Below, piece after piece: positions 10,291 to 20,476 of a stretch of DNA of 64,000 nt. The translations under genes and the position numbers were made by a program. The notes beneath the pieces were generated by a model, which had not been told where the DNA came from, searched no databases, and worked only from the letters and a program-made list of their open reading frames with translations. Origin of the DNA: an uncultured Gemmatimonadales bacterium (lineage in GTDB: Bacteria > Gemmatimonadota > Gemmatimonadetes > Gemmatimonadales > GWC2-71-9); NCBI GenBank assembly GCA_963828735.1, contig CAWHFW010000005.1, positions 1,920,001-1,984,000 of the forward strand, in the 5' to 3' direction. Position 1 is the first letter of the stretch; each line of letters begins with the position of its first letter.

Positions 10291-11197
10291 AGCCGTCGGG
10301 CGACGGGTGCAGCTCGTTGGCCCAGTCCTTCGTGTACTGCCCGGGTTCGGCCGACAGCGTGCCCGTGAGGCGAACGTACCTGACGTTGGGCAAGTCCGGG
10401 TCGGAGGGAAGTGACGACACCATGGCGTTGAACCTGTCGATCACCTCGTGCATGGGGCCGGTGTTCGCGTCGACGCCCGAGGGCGCCCCCGCGTACGCCC
10501 GGTTGCGAAACGCCGGGTCCAGCCAGGGGCCGGGCAGAAGCCAGAACCCCCCGAGAAATCCGCGCCCGTCAGGCACCGGATAATCGTAGCCGTGAATCAG
10601 GATGGGGACCTTGCGGCCGAACTCCCGGATGGACGCCTCGGAGACGGCCAGCAGCCAGGTCTTCATCGCCTGGCGCAGGCGGACGTCGATGATCCGCCCG
10701 AGGACTGCCGTGTCCACCACGTCGCCGCCGGCTCCCTTGTAGCTCAGAATGACGGACAGCTCGGGGCCGGCCAGGTCGTTGCCGCCGGCCGAGAGCAAAA
10801 TGGCCTTGAGCGGCTTTCGCTCCGCCCTCACGCGCTTCAGCGCGTCGATGGTGCCCGTGAACTGGGCCGGCGAGTACGCGATCTCCTCCAGTGTCTGACC
10901 ATAGTGCGCCGCGCTGATCACCTCGTAGCCGTCCCGCCGAAGGGCCTTGAGCACGTCCCATCGCGGATAGTCGAACCATGAATCCCCCTCCGCGACCAGC
11001 ACGCCCGACACGCCGAAGGCGAGCGTGTCGCCGCGGGCATCCTCCTCGTACATGAGGTACGCGGAGTTGGCCAGCTGGCGAGCGCGCTGAAGGTCCGCCG
11101 CCGCCGCCGCTGCGCCTTGCGCCGCGGCGGGACCCGGGACCATCAGGGCGACAGCAATCGGCGCGAACAGTCGGGCCCACGTGGCGCGGCGAGGCAT
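10241..11197 (-). CDS. Secreted SGNH/GDSL hydrolase
   Basis: AEGDSWF, SAGGNDL, NELHPS blocks; signal peptide. Confidence 0.8.
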   Translation of the reverse strand: MPRRATWARLFAPIAVALMVPGPAAAQGAAAAAADLQRARQLANSAYLMYEEDARGDTLAFGVSGVLVAEGDSWFDYPRWDVLKALRRDGYEVISAAHYGQTLEEIAYSPAQFTGTIDALKRVRAERKPLKAILLSAGGNDLAGPELSVILSYKGAGGDVVDTAVLGRIIDVRLRQAMKTWLLAVSEASIREFGRKVPILIHGYDYPVPDGRGFLGGFWLLPGPWLDPAFRNRAYAGAPSGVDANTGPMHEVIDRFNAMVSSLPSDPDLPNVRYVRLTGTLSAEPGQYTKDWANELHPSPDGFKRVAKRFEQVLSALH

Positions 11198-11373
11198 GGC
11201 GGTCCTCCTTGTCAGCCGGGCGATGATGGTGAGGTGCATCCATCATGGTGCCCGCTCCGGGTCGCCGTAAGGTCGTGTTTGCGCCACCGAGGGCCCGATT
11301 TGCGACAGCCGCGACTTTCCCCGCCCGCGCATTCGCATTACATACCTGAAGGACCCTCACCGCGAGCCTGCCG

Positions 11374-12351
11374 ATGGCCGAGACCAAGACCGCCAAGAAG
11401 CCCCGCCGGAAGAAGCGTCCCGAGGGCGCCCCTCGCTCCCGCGGCATCGCGCCGGACGCGCTCGCCTCCGGCTCACCACCCGCTGCGGTCGCCCGGCTGG
11501 CCGAAGCCATCGAGGCCGACGGTGGCTCGGTGCTCGCCACCTACCGCGATCCGCTCGGCGGCAACTGGCAGATCTTCGCCGGCCTGCCGATCGAGCTGGT
11601 CGAGCCGACACCTTACCAGCGGGATCTCTCGGACGCCCACGTCGCCAAGCTGTGCTCGGCGATCGACCGGCTGGGCCGCTATCTCGATCCGATGGTCGTG
11701 GTGCGCACGGAGAACGGTGGCTACTGGACCCCGAACGGCAACCATCGCCTCGCCGCGATGCGGACGCTCGGGGCCCGCTCGGCCGTCGCGATCGTGGTGC
11801 CCGAGCCCGAGGTGGCGCACCGGATCCTGCTGCTCAACACGGAGAAGGCGCACAACCTCCGCGAGCGCGCGCTCGAGGTCGCACGGCTGGCGCAGAGTCT
11901 CGCCGAGCTGGACGACCGGCCCGAGCGGCAGTTCGAGGCCGAGTTCGAGGAGGCGGCGCTGGTGACGCTCGGCTTCTGCTACATGGAGAACGGGCGCTTC
12001 GCCGGCGGCGCGTACCATCCCGTGCTCCGGCGCATCGACAAATTCCTGGGGTCGGCGCTACCCAAGGCCATCGAGGTCCGCCGCGAGCGCGCCGCGCGGG
12101 TGCTGGAGCTGGAGGAGGCCGTGTCGGCCGCGGTGAAGGCGATGAAGGAGCGGGGGTTCGAGAGCCCATATCTGCGCGCGTTCGTGGTCGCCCGCATCAA
12201 CCCGCTCCGCTTCCAGCGCGGCGCGAAGGCCGAATTCGACGAGACGATCGACAAGATGCTCGGCTCGGCTCGGCGTTTCGACGCGGGGCGGGTCAAGGCG
12301 GACCAGGTGGCGCGGGCGTCGGGCCCGCCGGAGGAGTCGGCATCGGGCTGA
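11374..12351 (+). CDS. ParB/Srx N-terminal domain protein (orphan)
   Basis: LPIELVEPTPYQRDL, DPMVVV, TPNGNHRLAAM, LLLNTEK. Confidence 0.75.
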   Translation: MAETKTAKKPRRKKRPEGAPRSRGIAPDALASGSPPAAVARLAEAIEADGGSVLATYRDPLGGNWQIFAGLPIELVEPTPYQRDLSDAHVAKLCSAIDRLGRYLDPMVVVRTENGGYWTPNGNHRLAAMRTLGARSAVAIVVPEPEVAHRILLLNTEKAHNLRERALEVARLAQSLAELDDRPERQFEAEFEEAALVTLGFCYMENGRFAGGAYHPVLRRIDKFLGSALPKAIEVRRERAARVLELEEAVSAAVKAMKERGFESPYLRAFVVARINPLRFQRGAKAEFDETIDKMLGSARRFDAGRVKADQVARASGPPEESASG

Positions 12352-12414
12352 ATCGCGGAATCAGGAGGGAAGGCGACCCCCGAAAGCCTCGCAAGCTCGA
12401 GACCTGGACGCTCC

Positions 12415-12984
12415 TCAGATGCTCGACGAATCGTGGATGACCATCTCCAGCTCCTCCGGCGTGCGCCGCCGGCATTCCCGCTTGAGATCCTCGATATCCG
12501 AGGCCAGAAACTCGCCGAACAGGCCGTCGGTCGTGAGCTCGAACGCCGGCAGGTGCTTCTTCGCCACGCTGTTGGAGTAGAGCGCGACGATCGCGCGCTG
12601 GTCGAACCGGTAGAACGTGTACGTCGGATAGCGGCCGAACAGCCAGATCTCGGCCGGCTTCCCGAACTCGCGCGCGAGGCGAGCGAAGTAGCGATAGGCG
12701 TCCACCACCAGCGCCGGGATCAGCGGTCCGTCATCGAAGTGCTTCTCGAGCGAGTACATGAGCTCGTGGTTCTCCAGGTCCGGCAGGAACACCTCGAAGT
12801 TGGTGCCCTGGCGGCCGAGGAAGGCCTTGATCGCCGCGTCGTGGTTCTCCCGCCAGCGGCGGGAGTGGATGAAATAGACCGTCATCCGCGTGGCCGAGGC
12901 GATCAGCTCCTCGAATCGCGGCACGAACGCGGTGAAGCTGTCGACGCGGACGATCTCGGACGGCGGTGCGGGAATGGAGGTCAT
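12415..12984 (-). CDS. Hypothetical alpha/beta protein, possibly PLD-like/DUF5919-like fold
   Basis: 189 aa with protein-like composition; FEVFLPD and PTYTFYRFDQRAIVALY pattern. Confidence 0.6.
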   Translation of the reverse strand: MTSIPAPPSEIVRVDSFTAFVPRFEELIASATRMTVYFIHSRRWRENHDAAIKAFLGRQGTNFEVFLPDLENHELMYSLEKHFDDGPLIPALVVDAYRYFARLAREFGKPAEIWLFGRYPTYTFYRFDQRAIVALYSNSVAKKHLPAFELTTDGLFGEFLASDIEDLKRECRRRTPEELEMVIHDSSSI

Positions 12985-12993
12985 CGAGCGAAG

Positions 12994-14127
12994 ATGGCAT
13001 CGGCAGCGCGCACGGGCAAGAAACCGGACCTCCTGAGCCGGCGGGCGCTCAATCGCGCGCTGCTCGCGCGCCAGCTCCTGCTCCGCCGCGGGTCCATGTC
13101 CCCGCTGGCCGCGATCGAGCGGCTCGGCGGCATGCAGGCCCAGGCGCCAAACGCGCCGTACGTCGGTCTCTGGACCCGGCTCGAGGGGTTCAGGCCCGAG
13201 GAGCTGAGCCAGCTCCTCATGGACCGTCAGGCGGTGCGCATGGCCGTCATGCGCGGCACGGTCCACCTGATGAGCGCGCGCGACGCGCTGGCGCTCCGCC
13301 CCCTGATGCAGCCGATCTACGATCGCGACCTGCGCGCAAACTCGAGCTTCGCCCCGCGTATCGAGGGGATGGACCTCGACACGCTGCGGGCGGCCGCGCG
13401 GACGGTGGTCGAAGAGCAACCGAGGACCAACGCGGAGATCGGCAGGCTGCTGCGCGCGCGATGGCCGGCGCGCGACGCCGACGCCATGGCGCGCGCGGTT
13501 CGGAGCCTGCTGCCGCTGGTGCAGGTGCCGCCGCGTGGTATCTGGGGCATGGGCGGCCTGCCGGTGCTCACCACGGTCGAGGCGTGGCTCGGAAAGCCGC
13601 TGGCGCGTCGGCCATCCGCGACGAGAATGGTGATGCGCTACCTCGCGGCCTTCGGGCCGGCCACGGTCGCGGACGTGCAGACGTGGTCGGGCCTCGGGCG
13701 CCTGCAGGACACCGTGAACCGGCTCCGGCCGAAGCTGCGCACCTTCCGCGACGAGCGGGGCCGGGAGCTGTTCGACCTGCCGGGCGCGCCCCGACCGGAC
13801 CCCGACGAGCCGGCCCCCGTGCGCTTCCTGCCGGAGTACGACAACCTGCTGCTCTCGCATGCGGACCGCTCGCGCGTCGTCGCCGACGAGCACCGATCGC
13901 GGATCATGATGGTGAATGGCATCATCGCGGGGACGGTGCTGGTGGATGGCTTCGTGCGGGCGAGCTGGAAGACGAAGCGGAGCCGCGCCGGCGCGGTGCT
14001 CGGCGTGACGCCATTCGGGAAGCTGGCGCGGAAGGAAGTTGCGGAGGTGGAGCGGGAGGGAGCGAAGCTGCTCGAGCTCACCTGTGGGGCGGTGAAGAGG
14101 CGGGAGGTTCAGGTTTCGCCGGGCTGA
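12994..14127 (+). CDS. AlkZ-like (HTH_42) DNA glycosylase
   Basis: LNRALLARQLLL, MQAQ (QxQ) motif, MRGTVHL, YLAAFGPATVAD, FLPEYDNLLLSH. Confidence 0.85.
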   Translation: MASAARTGKKPDLLSRRALNRALLARQLLLRRGSMSPLAAIERLGGMQAQAPNAPYVGLWTRLEGFRPEELSQLLMDRQAVRMAVMRGTVHLMSARDALALRPLMQPIYDRDLRANSSFAPRIEGMDLDTLRAAARTVVEEQPRTNAEIGRLLRARWPARDADAMARAVRSLLPLVQVPPRGIWGMGGLPVLTTVEAWLGKPLARRPSATRMVMRYLAAFGPATVADVQTWSGLGRLQDTVNRLRPKLRTFRDERGRELFDLPGAPRPDPDEPAPVRFLPEYDNLLLSHADRSRVVADEHRSRIMMVNGIIAGTVLVDGFVRASWKTKRSRAGAVLGVTPFGKLARKEVAEVEREGAKLLELTCGAVKRREVQVSPG

Positions 14128-14167
14128 GCGGCCGGAGCGATCGCGATCCTGGCCTCGTCCGCCCGTC

Positions 14168-15631
14168 CTACCGAACCCCTGCTCCGAGGCTCTCCTCGCC
14201 GGCGATCTGCTGCGGCTTGAGATCCAGCACCAGCCCACCCTGACCCGTGGCGATCGCCCGCACCAGCAACGCGCTCGGCGAGGCGCGGACGTTGAGCACG
14301 CGGCCGACTCGCACATCCATCGAGAGGTGCACGCCGTTGGCCAGATCGCGATTGAGCGCGTGCTCCAGGAGATCCTGGCCGTCCGCGAGGATCCCGGCGA
14401 GCTTGATCCGCACCTTCGTCCGCAGGAAATCCTCGATCTGTCCTTGCGCGAGCCAGGCCAGCGCTCCGGTCAGGAGATCGCGCGTGCCCCCGTCGTAGAC
14501 CAGGTCGGGCATGTACAGCTCGGCGGTCGCCGTGTCGTAGGCCGGGTGGCCGACCGCCCACAGGATGCCGCGCACCGAGCCGTGCACGACGAGGCCCACC
14601 GCGACCCGCCCGTCGCCCATGCCGATGAGGTGCAGGCTGTCGAGGATGAGCCGCTGGCTGGAGACCTTGATGACCGTGCCGCGGAGCTCCCGGGTCAGGA
14701 TGTTGCTCCCGACGTCGTACGGAAGCCGTCCCTCGGTGAGCAGGTGGAGCTCCGGCGGCCGCGAGGTCTTGTCCTGGGGCGCCGGCATCCGGGGCGGGTA
14801 GGCGTCCGGCCGCGAGCCGCCGACCACGCGCGGATTGGCCGAAAGGCCGATCGTCGTGACCAGCGTATCGCCTTGCATCTTCAGCAGGCCGATCCGCACG
14901 GTGGACGGGCTGATCACGAGCCATAGGCTGTCGCTGAGCTTGAGCGGCGCACCCAGCGTATTCCAGAGTCGCTGGCTCTCGTGGGGCAAATCGAACGCGG
15001 CGATCTTCGCGTCGAACTCCCGGAGCTCGTGCTGCAGGGCGCTCTGGGCTCCGGTCATCACCTGGTCGGTCAGGTCGATGTTGAGGAAGCTGACCTTGCA
15101 GCGATCGCGGTCCGGGTTCGACAGCGGCGTCACGAGGGCCCGGGTCTTCGGCCGCAGGGTCCAGCCCGGGGTGAGCTGCACCGTGGTCTGCACCGTCATT
15201 CGTGCGCGCGGCGGGGCATCGGCGTCATCGCACGCCCCGCTCAGCTCCGGCAGCAGCGGCGGATTGTACCAGCCGTGCACGCGGTACCGCACGTCGGCCT
15301 GCAGGGTGGCCGTCCGCCCGTTCACCGTGAGGTGGAACGGACCGCGGATCACCTCGAAGGCATAGTGCGCCCGGCTCTTGCCCGGCACCTCGTGGCGCTC
15401 CTCGAGGTTGCCGAAAGTCGTCGGCAGCTCGGATTCGAGCCACTTCATCGCGGGCGCGAGATCGTAGCGCACCGGGACGTCGAGGTACGAGGTCGGCACG
15501 GGCGGCAGGCTGTCCACCCACCTGGAGCTGACCGTCGGCACGGGCGGCGCCACCTTGTCGCGACGGCATGCCGCACCGGTCCCGCACAGCAGGACGGCCA
15601 GGAGGCACCGGCGCAGCGACGACATGGGCAT
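14168..15631 (-). CDS. DUF4403-like lipoprotein
   Basis: Lipobox GAAC; beta-rich tubular-lipid-binding-like pattern (LWLVISPSTVRI, GHPAYD...LYMPDLVYD). Confidence 0.65.
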   Translation of the reverse strand: MPMSSLRRCLLAVLLCGTGAACRRDKVAPPVPTVSSRWVDSLPPVPTSYLDVPVRYDLAPAMKWLESELPTTFGNLEERHEVPGKSRAHYAFEVIRGPFHLTVNGRTATLQADVRYRVHGWYNPPLLPELSGACDDADAPPRARMTVQTTVQLTPGWTLRPKTRALVTPLSNPDRDRCKVSFLNIDLTDQVMTGAQSALQHELREFDAKIAAFDLPHESQRLWNTLGAPLKLSDSLWLVISPSTVRIGLLKMQGDTLVTTIGLSANPRVVGGSRPDAYPPRMPAPQDKTSRPPELHLLTEGRLPYDVGSNILTRELRGTVIKVSSQRLILDSLHLIGMGDGRVAVGLVVHGSVRGILWAVGHPAYDTATAELYMPDLVYDGGTRDLLTGALAWLAQGQIEDFLRTKVRIKLAGILADGQDLLEHALNRDLANGVHLSMDVRVGRVLNVRASPSALLVRAIATGQGGLVLDLKPQQIAGEESLGAGVR

Positions 15632-15908
15632 GAGGCGCGCCCTCCTCACGAATCGGGGCGGCTGGCGAGGTAAACCGGAAACGGCCACAAGGTGGGACAA
15701 TCGGGGGCCCTTGGGCCATGACGTGCGTCACGCGACGCGCACGAGTGGTCGCTCGCCCGGGTCGCGCGGGGTGCGGCCGGAGGCGGGTTCCGCAGTCGTT
15801 TCTGGCGCTGCCGAATGCTCCCGCATCACGTCCCGCGCCCCCGCACGACGCTGCTATCTTCCGCGGGAGACCGAGGTACGACGCACGCGCACACTCGAGG
15901 AGCTGAGC

Positions 15909-16898
15909 ATGACCGGATCCCCCTGGACGCTCACCATCGCCGCGCTGACGCTCACCGGGACCCTCGCCGCCTGCGGCGGGGGCGACCGCGCCGCGCACGA
16001 TCGAGACAGCACCGCCGCCGCTTCAGCCACCGACTCCGCCGCTCCTGCCTCCGCCGCCGCGAGCGGGCGGACCCGCGTCACCGGCTTCCAGCACCCAGAG
16101 TCCGTGAAGTACGACGCGGATCTGGACGTCTGGTACGTCGCCAACATCAACGGCTCGCCCTTCCAGAAGGACGGAAACGGCTACATCTCACGGCTCAAGG
16201 GCGACGGCACGCTCGACTCGCTCAAGTTCATCGCGGGCGGCGCGAATGGCGTGCGGCTCGACGCACCCAAGGGCATGGCGCTCCAGGGCGACACGCTCTG
16301 GGTTGCCGACGTCACCAACGTTCGCGGCTTCAACCGGAAGACCGGCGTGCCCGTGGTGAGCATCGCGGTCAAGGGCGCCAAGTTCCTCAACGACATCGCC
16401 GTCGGTGAGGACGGTCTGTACGTGACCGATACCGGCGTCGGGCCCACGCCGGACGGCGGCGGGAAGCACACGGGGCCCGATCGGATCTACCGGATCGCCC
16501 CCGCGCACGCGGTCAGCGTGGCGATCGAGAGCGATAGCCTCGCGGGCCCGAACGGGATCACCTGGGATGCGCCGAACCGCCGCTTCATCGTGGTGCCGTT
16601 CATGGGCAAGACGATCGTTTCCTGGGCGCCCGGCGCGAAGAAGGTGACGCCACTCGGTGCGTCGAAGGGCCAGCTCGACGGCGTGGAGCCGCTCGGCGGA
16701 TCGCGATTCCTGGTCACGAGCTGGGCCGACTCGAGCCTCGACGTGTTCGACAACGGCACCATCACGCCGGTGAGCAACGACCTGCCGTCGCCAGCCGATA
16801 TCGGGGTGGACACGAAGCGCAACCGGGTCGCCATCCCGCTCCTGCTGGAGGACCGGGTCGAGTTCCGCGACCTACCGGCGGCCAAGGGGGCCTCATGA
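15909..16898 (+). CDS. SMP-30/gluconolactonase-like beta-propeller lipoprotein
   Basis: Lipobox LAAC; GFQHPESV, DAPKGM, FLNDI, GPNGI, LDGV, PADI blade motifs. Confidence 0.8.
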   Translation: MTGSPWTLTIAALTLTGTLAACGGGDRAAHDRDSTAAASATDSAAPASAAASGRTRVTGFQHPESVKYDADLDVWYVANINGSPFQKDGNGYISRLKGDGTLDSLKFIAGGANGVRLDAPKGMALQGDTLWVADVTNVRGFNRKTGVPVVSIAVKGAKFLNDIAVGEDGLYVTDTGVGPTPDGGGKHTGPDRIYRIAPAHAVSVAIESDSLAGPNGITWDAPNRRFIVVPFMGKTIVSWAPGAKKVTPLGASKGQLDGVEPLGGSRFLVTSWADSSLDVFDNGTITPVSNDLPSPADIGVDTKRNRVAIPLLLEDRVEFRDLPAAKGAS

Positions 16899-17689
16899 GC
16901 CTCCTGAGCTACGCGGCCGTGGCAGGGTCCGCGCTCGTGGTCGGCGCGGCCGGCGCATGGGCGGTGAAGGGGTCGCCGGCACGGCAGCTCGATCCGGTCA
17001 CGACCCACGGCGAGTGGGTCAAGTACGCGCGCGGCGCGGACACGATCCGCGCCTACGTCGCGTACCCCGAGCGAAAGACCAAGGCGCCGGCGGTGATCGT
17101 GATCCACGAGATCTTCGGCCTCACCGACTGGGAGCCCACGGTCGCCGACCGGCTGGCCAAGGAAGGGTTCGTCGCCATCCTGCCCGACCTGCTCTCCTCC
17201 AAGTATGGCAAGAGCCCGACGGATGCGGACAGCGGCCGCAAGCTCGTGGGCGAGCTCGAGCCCGAGCGCGTGACGGCCGACCTCGACGCCACCTACGCCT
17301 ACGTCAACGCGCTGCCGGCCGTCGAGAAGGACCACATCGGCACGGTCGGGTTCTGCTGGGGCGGCGGGCAGAGCTTCCGCTACGCGACCAACAACCCGAA
17401 CCTCCGCGCGGTGGTCGTCTGCTACGGTCCGCCCCCCGACACGGCGGACGTGAAGCGGATCAAGGCGCCGGTCCTCGGCATCTATGGCGAGAACGACGAG
17501 CGCATCGACGCGTCGCTGCCGACCGTGGTCGCGGCGATGCAGGCGGACGGGAAGAGCTTCAACCATGAGGTGTATCCGGGCACCGGCCACGGCTTTCTCA
17601 AGCCCGGACGCCAGGGTAGCGATGGCCCGCAGGTGGAGGCCGCCTGGAAGCGGATCCTCGAGTTCTACCGCGCGCGGCTGGGGAAGTGA
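16895..17689 (+). CDS. Dienelactone hydrolase family protein
   Basis: VIHEIFGL, GFCWGG, GEND, GHGF. Confidence 0.9.
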   Translation: MSLLSYAAVAGSALVVGAAGAWAVKGSPARQLDPVTTHGEWVKYARGADTIRAYVAYPERKTKAPAVIVIHEIFGLTDWEPTVADRLAKEGFVAILPDLLSSKYGKSPTDADSGRKLVGELEPERVTADLDATYAYVNALPAVEKDHIGTVGFCWGGGQSFRYATNNPNLRAVVVCYGPPPDTADVKRIKAPVLGIYGENDERIDASLPTVVAAMQADGKSFNHEVYPGTGHGFLKPGRQGSDGPQVEAAWKRILEFYRARLGK

Positions 17690-18975
17690 GGTCAGGCGAT
17701 CGGGGGAGGCGCCGCCGGCCCCCGCGCGCGGGAGAAGGTCCCGTCCGCGCGCCACTCGCGCTCCTGCTGCTCGCCGGCCCGCTCGCGGCCCAGACCGCGC
17801 CTCCGTCCGCCGCTCACGTTCCTACTTCCTACAACATCACCATCGTCACCAGCGACACCGGCGCGCACCTGCTCGGCGAGGTGGAGACCGGCTGGCGCCT
17901 GGGCACCGTGAATCCCGTCGAGATGCAGCTCGACTCGGTCTTCCGGGTGGTGCGCGTTCTGGTGGATGGCAAGCCCAACACGCGGCTGTCGCGCACGATG
18001 TACGCGCGACAGGGAAGTCAGGTCCTCGTGCCCCACGAGAAGGCGCCGGGCGATACGCTCACGACCCGCGTCCGCTACCATGGCATTCCGCGGGGCGGCT
18101 TTCGTGTGGGGCTCGACCGGACAGGGGCACGCGGCCTGGCCGGGGAGAGCGGAGGTGGGCTGGCTCCGCTCTGGCTTCCGGTGCCCGCCGGGGACCCGCC
18201 GCGGGTGACCGTCGTGTGGAACGTGCAGGCCTCCGAGGGCCAGCGCGTCATCGCGAGCGGCGTCCTGACGAGCGTGGATACGCTGAACTACGGGCATACG
18301 ACGTGGCACTATCGACTCGACACGCCCGCCCCGCTCGATCGGCTCGCCGTGGCGTCGGGTCGCTACGCGGTCAGCAGGCTCGCGCGCCCGCGCTGCCGGG
18401 GTGCCTGCGCCCCGGTGACCTTGTGGACGTCGCCCGAGGATTCGGCGGCGGCCGGCGGGGGCGTGTTCCGCCGCGCGGGCGACGTGGTGGACTTCATGAG
18501 CGAGCGACTGGGCGCGTTTCCGTACCCCGGTCTGGCCCACGTGGCCTCGCCGCTTCCCCCCGTCGGCCCGCCGACCGCGTCGGTCGTGCTGTACGACGAA
18601 GCGCAGGTGCACGCGGGCGCGGTCACGGAAACCGACATCGCACGGGCGACCGCCGCCCAATGGCTGGGCAACGCGGTGAGCGACAGCGGGGCTGCGGACG
18701 ACGGGCCGTCCAACGCAACCGCGTCGTACCTCGCCCTCCTCTGGACCCGGCAGGACACGCCGCGGCCGACCGGCATGATGCTCACGCGGGACGTGGACGC
18801 GATCCGGCGGCTGCATCAGATGGTCGGGGACTCCGCGTTCTTCCGCGGCCTGCGGCACTACGTCGAGACCAACCGCCACGTGCCGGCCGCGCCGGGCGCC
18901 TTCGAGCGGGCCATGGCGGAGGCGTCGGGCAAGCCGCTCGACTGGAGCTGGCGCGCCGCCGTCGGCACCAGGTGA
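17686..18975 (+). CDS. M1 aminopeptidase-like protein lacking the catalytic HEXXH motif
   Basis: M1-like architecture (GAFPYP, QWLGNAV, LHQMVGDSAFFRGLRHY, SGKPLDW); HExxH position reads RATAA; start uncertain. Confidence 0.7.
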   Translation: MRSGDRGRRRRPPRAGEGPVRAPLALLLLAGPLAAQTAPPSAAHVPTSYNITIVTSDTGAHLLGEVETGWRLGTVNPVEMQLDSVFRVVRVLVDGKPNTRLSRTMYARQGSQVLVPHEKAPGDTLTTRVRYHGIPRGGFRVGLDRTGARGLAGESGGGLAPLWLPVPAGDPPRVTVVWNVQASEGQRVIASGVLTSVDTLNYGHTTWHYRLDTPAPLDRLAVASGRYAVSRLARPRCRGACAPVTLWTSPEDSAAAGGGVFRRAGDVVDFMSERLGAFPYPGLAHVASPLPPVGPPTASVVLYDEAQVHAGAVTETDIARATAAQWLGNAVSDSGAADDGPSNATASYLALLWTRQDTPRPTGMMLTRDVDAIRRLHQMVGDSAFFRGLRHYVETNRHVPAAPGAFERAMAEASGKPLDWSWRAAVGTR

Positions 18976-19742
18976 TCGCCCGCCGGACGCTCGTCTCGGG
19001 CCTTGCAACCCTCGGCCTGCTCTCCATCGACGCTTGCAGCGGCACCCTTCCTCCGCTCCGAGGACAGATCGAGGTCGGGCGGGAAGCGTACGCGGTCGTG
19101 GTGGCCGGCGACCCGAGGGGCGGTGATCTCTACGCCGTGCGCGCCGACGGCGGCCCGGTCATCCCGGTCACCTTCAGCAGCGTCGGCGAGATGCGGCCGG
19201 TGCTCTCGCCCGACGGCGTACGGGTGGCCTTCCTCCGAGGACGCGCGGTCGCGGATTCGACGCCGGGGAGCGTGTGGGTGATGAACCTGCAGACGGGCGG
19301 CGAGCGCGAGATCACGCTGCCCAGGGATGCCGGCGTGCCCCGGCAGGTGGGATGGTCGAAGGACGGGATGGCGCTCACGATCGCCGCGGAGAGCGGCCTT
19401 TACCGGGCCGCCCCGGCCACCGACGCGAAGGCGATCGCCGTGGCCGCCGCCGAGCGGACGACCGCGGAGTCGACGCTCGCCGTGCTGGTGGGCGATCCCG
19501 TCTTCGCGCGGGTGATTCCCTGTGCCGAGCCGGGCGCGCTGTGCGTCGTGGGCGATACCGGGGCGCCGGGTGTCCTGGCGGAGCGCGCGCGGGACGCGGC
19601 GCGGTGGGGCGCCGATTCGGTCGCGTTCCTCGCCGGGAACGCGATCGAGGTGCGACCGCTCGGCGCGGGCACGGCGCGAAGGATCGAATGGTCGGGGCTT
19701 CCCGGACGGCCGCGGGAGCTGACGGCGTTCGCGGGGAAGTAG
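18972..19742 (+). CDS. Lipoprotein with TolB/PD40-like repeats
   Basis: IDAC lipobox-like motif; PVLSPDGVRVAF, WSKDG; GTGA overlap with the upstream gene. Confidence 0.65.
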   Translation: MIARRTLVSGLATLGLLSIDACSGTLPPLRGQIEVGREAYAVVVAGDPRGGDLYAVRADGGPVIPVTFSSVGEMRPVLSPDGVRVAFLRGRAVADSTPGSVWVMNLQTGGEREITLPRDAGVPRQVGWSKDGMALTIAAESGLYRAAPATDAKAIAVAAAERTTAESTLAVLVGDPVFARVIPCAEPGALCVVGDTGAPGVLAERARDAARWGADSVAFLAGNAIEVRPLGAGTARRIEWSGLPGRPRELTAFAGK

Positions 19743-19758
19743 TCGCGACCGTCCGGCC

Positions 19759-20349
19759 TCACCTCGCCGCGATGGCGTCCCACGCGGCATCGAGCGCCAT
19801 CGTCACCGGCGGCGCGTCGGGCGGCCACTCGTGTGCCCCGACCCGCTCGGCGACGAACGCCACGAGCGCGAGCCACACGTCCGTCCACAGCTCGGCGGGT
19901 CCCTGCCGCACGATGCCGTCGTTCCGGCCGGCTGCCACGACGGTGTGCAGGGCGTCGCGGAACTCGCGCTCGGACTCCCGGCTCCGCTCGTCCAGATGCT
20001 GCTCGTCCCGGTGCCGGAGCAGCATGCGCGTCTGCGCGGCGTCGCTCGCGGCGGTCTCGATCAGCCGCCGGGCGATTGCTCGCAGCCGGCTCGGCGTCTC
20101 CTGATCGTTGTCCGCCTCCTTCACGAGGGCCGCTCCCCACCGCTGCGCCCCGCGGAACACCTCGTTCAGCAGATGCTCCTTGCCGCTGAAGTGACGATAG
20201 ATCGTGCCTTCGGCCACGCCTGCCCGGGCGGCGATGGCCGGGGTGGTGGTCGCGCGGAAGCCTACGGTGGTGTAGAGCTCGAGTGCTGCTCGAAGCAGCC
20301 GCTGGCGGGTAGCTTCACCGTCGCGGCGGGTAGGTTGAGGTGTAGTCAT
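19759..20349 (-). CDS. TetR/AcrR-family regulator
   Basis: TRQRLLRAALELY...IAARAGVAEGTIYRHFSGKEHL. Confidence 0.9.
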   Translation of the reverse strand: MTTPQPTRRDGEATRQRLLRAALELYTTVGFRATTTPAIAARAGVAEGTIYRHFSGKEHLLNEVFRGAQRWGAALVKEADNDQETPSRLRAIARRLIETAASDAAQTRMLLRHRDEQHLDERSRESEREFRDALHTVVAAGRNDGIVRQGPAELWTDVWLALVAFVAERVGAHEWPPDAPPVTMALDAAWDAIAAR

Positions 20350-20476
20350 ATCGCAAAATACGTCGCGGGCCCGTTGAATCGCGACCCCTTCCAAGGCTAT
20401 TTTCCGGGGCTTTGTCCCAGGTTTTGCGCGTTCCGTACGATCTCGTACCGGACTCTCGTACCAGATGGGGTCGTCG

